Assembly (NCBI GenBank): GCA_963781585.1
Contig: CAWAGQ010000014.1
Location: 32,001 to 96,000 of the forward strand
Origin: an uncultured Gemmatimonadaceae bacterium
Lineage (GTDB): Bacteria > Gemmatimonadota > Gemmatimonadetes > Gemmatimonadales > Gemmatimonadaceae
DNA: 64,000 nucleotides
Direction of reading: 5' to 3'
The notes under the pieces were generated by a model. The model was not told where the DNA came from. It saw only the letters and a program-made list of their open reading frames with translations, and did no database searches. This document shows, one piece after another, positions 59,557 through 64,000 of this stretch. The position numbers and the translations under genes were made by a program. Numbering within the stretch: the first letter of the stretch is position 1; each line of letters opens with the position of its first letter.

Positions 59557-60474
59557 TTGCCGACGAGTGACATCCAGTTCACGCCTGAGGTTGACGCGGC
59601 GCGGCGCGACGGGAGGCCCATAGTCGCGCTGGAGAGTTCGGTGCTGGCGCAGGGACTGCCACATCCCGCGAATTCCGAAGCGGCCCGTCGCATGGCGACC
59701 GCCGCGCGCGCCGCGGGGGCGGTCCCGGCCATTACCGCGATCGTTTCCGGCACTCCCACGGTGGGCCTGACGCCCGACGAACTCACTCGGTTCCTGGCTG
59801 GTGACCGGATTGCCAAGGCCTCGGCGCGCGACCTGCCTGCTGCAATGGCTACCGGCGCCGACGCTGCCACCACGGTGGCCGGTGCGCTGGCGATCTGCCG
59901 GGTGGCGGGACTGCCCGTGTTCGCAACGGGGGGAATCGGCGGAGTGCATCGCGAGCCCGCCTTTGACGAATCGGCCGACCTCACGGAGCTCGGCCGTACT
60001 CCGTTGGTGGTTGTCTGCGCCGGCGCGAAGTCGGTGCTCGACATCGCGGCGACGTTGGAGCGACTGGAAACACTGAGCGTGACGGTGGTCGGGTACCGCA
60101 CGGCCGAGTTCCCGGGATTCCTGGTCGCGAGTACAGGTCTTCCAGTTCCCGCGGTGGTCTCCGACGCGGACGCCATTGCGACGATGTTCCTGAGACACCG
60201 ACTTCTGGGGCTCCCCGGCGCCATTCTCGTCGTTCAGTCGCCGCCGGCCGAGCACGCCTTGGTCCGCGGCGTGGTGGACGAGGCCACAACTCGGGCGCTG
60301 GATGAGGCCAGACGCGCCGGCGTGCGCGGATCAGCCAGCACCCCGTTCCTGCTGGCCGCCATCAACCGGGCGACCGGCGGACGATCGCTGCAGGCAAACG
60401 TTGCGCTGCTGGAAGCCAACGCCCGGCTCGCCGGCGAGATTGCGGTATCGCTCAAGCGGGCTGGCGTGCGGTAA
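59557..60474 (+). CDS. psuG: Pseudouridine-5'-phosphate glycosidase
   Basis: PIVALESSVLAQGLP, ATTVA, FATGGIGGVH, DESADL, GAKSVLD, TPFLL. Confidence 0.93.
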   Translation: MPTSDIQFTPEVDAARRDGRPIVALESSVLAQGLPHPANSEAARRMATAARAAGAVPAITAIVSGTPTVGLTPDELTRFLAGDRIAKASARDLPAAMATGADAATTVAGALAICRVAGLPVFATGGIGGVHREPAFDESADLTELGRTPLVVVCAGAKSVLDIAATLERLETLSVTVVGYRTAEFPGFLVASTGLPVPAVVSDADAIATMFLRHRLLGLPGAILVVQSPPAEHALVRGVVDEATTRALDEARRAGVRGSASTPFLLAAINRATGGRSLQANVALLEANARLAGEIAVSLKRAGVR

Positions 60475-60623
60475 CAGCGTGTGGTGTGCCCGGGGCGCCC
60501 GTCCAACCGTCAAATCATGAGAGGCGTGCTCGAGGGTGATGTGCGTCTTCCCCGGCGGTTGAACTTGGCGCCTCTCCAATAGTACTATAGGCACGCTCGC
60601 TCGCACCGGAGGTCAGTCAAGAG

Positions 60624-61736
60624 ATGCCGGCTCCTTTCATGAGTTCCGAGGAGTACGATGAACGCGCTCACACTCTGTACAACGAAGGGCGGTACGATGA
60701 GGCGCTTGGCGTACTTCGCGAGGGACTCGCGCTCTACCCGAATGCGGTAGAGCTGCACATAGGAGTTGGCTACGCGCGCATCGCACGAGAGGAGTACGCG
60801 TGGGCGCGCCGGAGCTTCGAGGAAGCGCTCATTCTCGACGCGGACCACGAGGATGCGCTCGCCGGGCTCGGAGAGACGCTGCTCAAGTTCGGTCAGACCG
60901 AAGATGCGCTGAAGACGCTGCATCGCGTGCTCGAGCTCGGTTATGAAGACGACGTCGAGCTCATGCTGCAGATGGGCCGCGCTCTGTTCCGCGACGGCCT
61001 GATCGATGCCGCAAAGCAGTATTTCGATATCGCGATGCGGCAGTCTCCCGAGTCGGCGGAAGCGGTGGCTCTGGTGGGATACGCGCAGCATCGGCTGGGC
61101 GACGACGACGCGGCGATTGCCACCCTGCGCCGCGCGCTGCAGCTCGATTCGGATCACGCCGAGGCGCGGATCTATCTCGGCAACATTCTGTATGACCGGG
61201 GGAACTACGAGGCAGCGCTCTACCACCTCGATCACTCTGCGCCCGAGGACCATTGGGATGAACTGGGAATCTGGCGCCTGATCGAGCTGAAGAAGACGAT
61301 CCACCGGTTGAGCGACGATGATCCGGACGTGAAGCGCTGGGAATCGCGCCTGAGCGATCTGGCGGGAGAACCCGACGACATCGACGATATGCTGGCACAG
61401 ATCGAGCAGCGCGCGGCGGATGAGGCGCAGAACCAGTCAAAGAACCAACTGGAGTTGTTCGGGCAGATGCTCGTTGATCTGGCCGACAATCAGCTCGACG
61501 CGGCCCAGCACCGGGTCCTGACCCGTGAAGGGCGGCCGTTCGAAGGGACATGGGACGAGATCGTGGACGAAATGCGCTCGGCAAACACGACTTTCGCGGG
61601 TCGCTCGATCGGTGAGTTCATGCTCAACGAGGCGCGCCGCGGATATTCGCTGACGGGCGTGATCATCCCCACCGAGGACGCCGAGAGCTTCATCAGGGGG
61701 AGTGCGGACGCCGGATTGCTCCGCATCCTCAAATGA
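60624..61736 (+). CDS. Tetratricopeptide repeat protein
   Basis: Several tandem TPR-like helical repeats plus an acidic linker and small C-terminal domain. Confidence 0.88.
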   Translation: MPAPFMSSEEYDERAHTLYNEGRYDEALGVLREGLALYPNAVELHIGVGYARIAREEYAWARRSFEEALILDADHEDALAGLGETLLKFGQTEDALKTLHRVLELGYEDDVELMLQMGRALFRDGLIDAAKQYFDIAMRQSPESAEAVALVGYAQHRLGDDDAAIATLRRALQLDSDHAEARIYLGNILYDRGNYEAALYHLDHSAPEDHWDELGIWRLIELKKTIHRLSDDDPDVKRWESRLSDLAGEPDDIDDMLAQIEQRAADEAQNQSKNQLELFGQMLVDLADNQLDAAQHRVLTREGRPFEGTWDEIVDEMRSANTTFAGRSIGEFMLNEARRGYSLTGVIIPTEDAESFIRGSADAGLLRILK

Positions 61737-62737
61737 CCGGCGCGGGCCTCCGCTCCGCGCAGGCAGCGATCGACGGAGTCCGTGCCGCAATCGAGCGGCT
61801 GGACGAAGGGCGACACCCCGAGGAAAACGCGGCGGACCTGCTCGAGGTCTGGGAAGGCGTCCAGGCAGCCCTGCGCTCGCTGACAGGCGCACCCGCGCTG
61901 ACCGGCCAGGCGGTGATTCGCGAGGCCCGGCAGCGCAATCTGCTGTCGCTGGATGAGGCCCACGCCCTGGTGGATTTCAGCGCCGCCGCCGAGCGGTCAC
62001 ATGACGCGGGTTACCGGCCCAACGCCAGCGATCTGGTCGCCGCGCGCGGGGCGTACCACCTGTTCGAGGCGGCACTGGCCCGTACCGAGGCACCGGCAGC
62101 AAGTCCGCCGCTCCAGCCGTCCGCCGCGCCGCCTGCCGCCGAATCCGAGATCAGTCCCCTTCCGGAACCGCGAGCGCGCAGGCCCAATGTGCTGGTCCGC
62201 GTCATCGTCCTGGTGGCCCTTCTCGCGGTGGTGGGAGTGGCGGGATACTACGCGCTCCAATATCGATCGCGCGTAAGCCATCTGCAGCGGGGCACGGCGG
62301 CCTACGTGGCCGGCGATCGCTCCACCGCGAAGCGGGAACTCGCGGCCGCGGCGGCAGCCGACCCGAAAGCGGCCATCCCGCACGTTTACCTGGCGCGCAT
62401 TGCGCGCGAGGAAGGGGATCCGCTGACCGCTGCGCGCGAGCTCACGACGGCCCTCAACCTCGAGCCGGAGAACGCGCTCGCGCTTCGCGAGATGGGAGCG
62501 CATCTGCTTGCCCTCGGCAACCTCGATCTCGCGCGACGGTTCTATGTTCGCGCGGTTCAGGCGGACCCCGCGGACAAGCCGGCACTGGGCTACCTTGCGT
62601 GTACGCTGGCTCGCCTCGGCCGGTTTGACGAAGCGCAGCGCTTCCTCCAGCGGGCGGGTCCCGGGGAATGGAGTGCGTGCGTGTCGGCCGTGGTTCCTCC
62701 TCCCGGAGCACCCCCGCGGGTCGGCGTGCCGAAGTAA
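61733..62737 (+). CDS. Membrane-anchored TPR protein
   Basis: Central TM segment, C-terminal TPRs, ATGA overlap with the upstream gene. Confidence 0.82.
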   Translation: MTGAGLRSAQAAIDGVRAAIERLDEGRHPEENAADLLEVWEGVQAALRSLTGAPALTGQAVIREARQRNLLSLDEAHALVDFSAAAERSHDAGYRPNASDLVAARGAYHLFEAALARTEAPAASPPLQPSAAPPAAESEISPLPEPRARRPNVLVRVIVLVALLAVVGVAGYYALQYRSRVSHLQRGTAAYVAGDRSTAKRELAAAAAADPKAAIPHVYLARIAREEGDPLTAARELTTALNLEPENALALREMGAHLLALGNLDLARRFYVRAVQADPADKPALGYLACTLARLGRFDEAQRFLQRAGPGEWSACVSAVVPPPGAPPRVGVPK

Positions 62738-62807
62738 GTCCGGGTCGGGAAGCAGACCCGGTCGTTTCCGCCCGTGGCATCTCCGCCTGCCGACACCGCA
62801 AGGTCAC

Positions 62808-64000
62808 GTGTTCGAGCCAGAGTCCGTTCTTCGCCATACGCTTCCCAACGGCTTGACCGTTCTCGTACGTGCGGACCGGTCCGCGCCGGTTGGCGCGATC
62901 GTGACTTACGTCAAGACGGGGTACTTCGATGAGCCGGACGAGGTCGCAGGCATCTCGCACGTGCTGGAGCACATGTTCTTCAAGGGCACACCGACGCGCG
63001 GGGTGGGTGAGATCGCGCGCGAGACGAAGGCGGTCGGCGGGTACCTGAACGCGCACACGATCTACGATCACACGTCGTATTTCGCGGTGCTGCCACGGGA
63101 GGGATTCCAGCGCGGTCTCGAGATCCAGGCGGACGCGTATGCACACGCCCTTCTCGATGGCGACGAGTTGGCCAGGGAACTCGAAGTCATCATCCAGGAA
63201 GCCAGGCGCAAGCTGGATTCACCGGGCGCGGTTGCGATGGAGACCCTGTTCGAGGTACTCCACGACCGCCATCGCATTCGACGCTGGCGGATCGGGCACG
63301 AAGGGTCGCTGCGCGCGCTCACCCGCGACCGGGTCCAGGCGTTCTACCGCAACTTCTACCGTCCCGGCAACACGATTCTCGCGGTGGTCGGCGACGTGGA
63401 CGTGGACGTGACGTTGCGCGAGATCGAGGTCCTGTACGGCCCGCTGGCCGACGGGGCGGTAGCGCGGGAGCCCGGATTGCAGGAGTCGAGTGCGCCGGGA
63501 TTTCGTTATCGGGAGCTCTCGGGCGACATCACGCAGACACACCTGGTGTTCGGGTGGCGGACGCCGGGGGCGCTGCACCGCGACACGCCGCTGCTGGATC
63601 TGTTCGCGGTGGTGCTCGGCACCGGGCGCGGATCGCGATTGTACCGTGCGGTGCGCGAGCGACAGCTCGCGTCCGCCGTTGCGGCTGAGAACTACACGCC
63701 CGCCGAGATTGGCGTCTTCACGATGCGCGCGGAGGGACCCCCGCCTCATGGACGGGCCGCGGCGGCGGCTATGTGGCGGGAGCTGGAGCAGGCCAGGGAC
63801 CGCGGCATCGACCCGCGCGAGGTCGCGCGGGCGCAGCGTCTGGTCGAGTCGCGCTGGCTACGGCGTCTGGAGTCGATGGAGGGGCAGGCGACATTTCTTG
63901 CGGAGTGGGAGGCGTTAGGCGACTGGCGGCTGTCGCAGCGGTACTACGACGCCACGCTGTCGGCCGGTGCCGGGGAGGTGGCCGATGCCGCGCGTCGCTT
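62808..64000 (+). CDS. M16 (pitrilysin) family zinc peptidase, 3' end outside window
   Basis: Not in ORF track. Manual translation from GTG 62808: MFEPESVLRHTLPNGLTV...GISHVLEHMFFKGT (HxxEH)...GGYLNAHT. Confidence 0.93.
   Translation, partial: MFEPESVLRHTLPNGLTVLVRADRSAPVGAIVTYVKTGYFDEPDEVAGISHVLEHMFFKGTPTRGVGEIARETKAVGGYLNAHTIYDHTSYFAVLPREGFQRGLEIQADAYAHALLDGDELARELEVIIQEARRKLDSPGAVAMETLFEVLHDRHRIRRWRIGHEGSLRALTRDRVQAFYRNFYRPGNTILAVVGDVDVDVTLREIEVLYGPLADGAVAREPGLQESSAPGFRYRELSGDITQTHLVFGWRTPGALHRDTPLLDLFAVVLGTGRGSRLYRAVRERQLASAVAAENYTPAEIGVFTMRAEGPPPHGRAAAAAMWRELEQARDRGIDPREVARAQRLVESRWLRRLESMEGQATFLAEWEALGDWRLSQRYYDATLSAGAGEVADAARR

Noticed and set aside
24..63918. Many long alternative-frame ORFs (e.g. 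434-1915 +, 19554-21779 +, 37805-39970 +, 48171-50105 +)
   Set aside because: Antisense or frame shadows of well-supported genes, expected at high GC, with no motifs.
1331..63920. GTTAGGC/GCCTAAC as integron attC core sites (GTTRRRY/RYYYAAC)
   Set aside because: Copies are isolated, mostly intragenic, and not paired at attC spacing; no integrase or cassette array is present.

Overview
A gene-dense, high-GC (about 69% by eye) bacterial chromosomal window. The gene repertoire (PadR plus duplicated permease, RDSAGI-type propeller protein, VPS10/BNR protein with GRGG tracts) suggests Gemmatimonadota or a similar lineage, which is an inference. About 49 CDS are supportable. I saw no rRNA, tRNA, CRISPR array, transposase or prophage. 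Main highlights: (1) an exported peroxiredoxin split by the ORF track at an in-frame UGA that sits at the peroxidatic-Cys position and is followed by a SECIS-like hairpin, so very likely a selenoprotein; (2) a 7-gene operon of VWA protein, PspA/ESCRT-III-like protein, OmpA-fused binding protein, ABC permease, ABC ATPase, membrane coiled-coil protein and classical AAA+ ATPase; (3) a non-palindromic octamer CGTTAGGC, over-represented on both strands, that forces rare TTA codons; (4) an operon of DUF4956, YjiK-like propeller, kinase-like Omp85 protein and phosphoesterase; (5) a patatin-ferredoxin fusion, an orphan protein with UDG-like motifs, two c-di-GMP loci sharing an upstream motif, and intergenic heptamer arrays. 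All calls rest on motif reading by eye; no searches were run, and many start codons are my adjustments.
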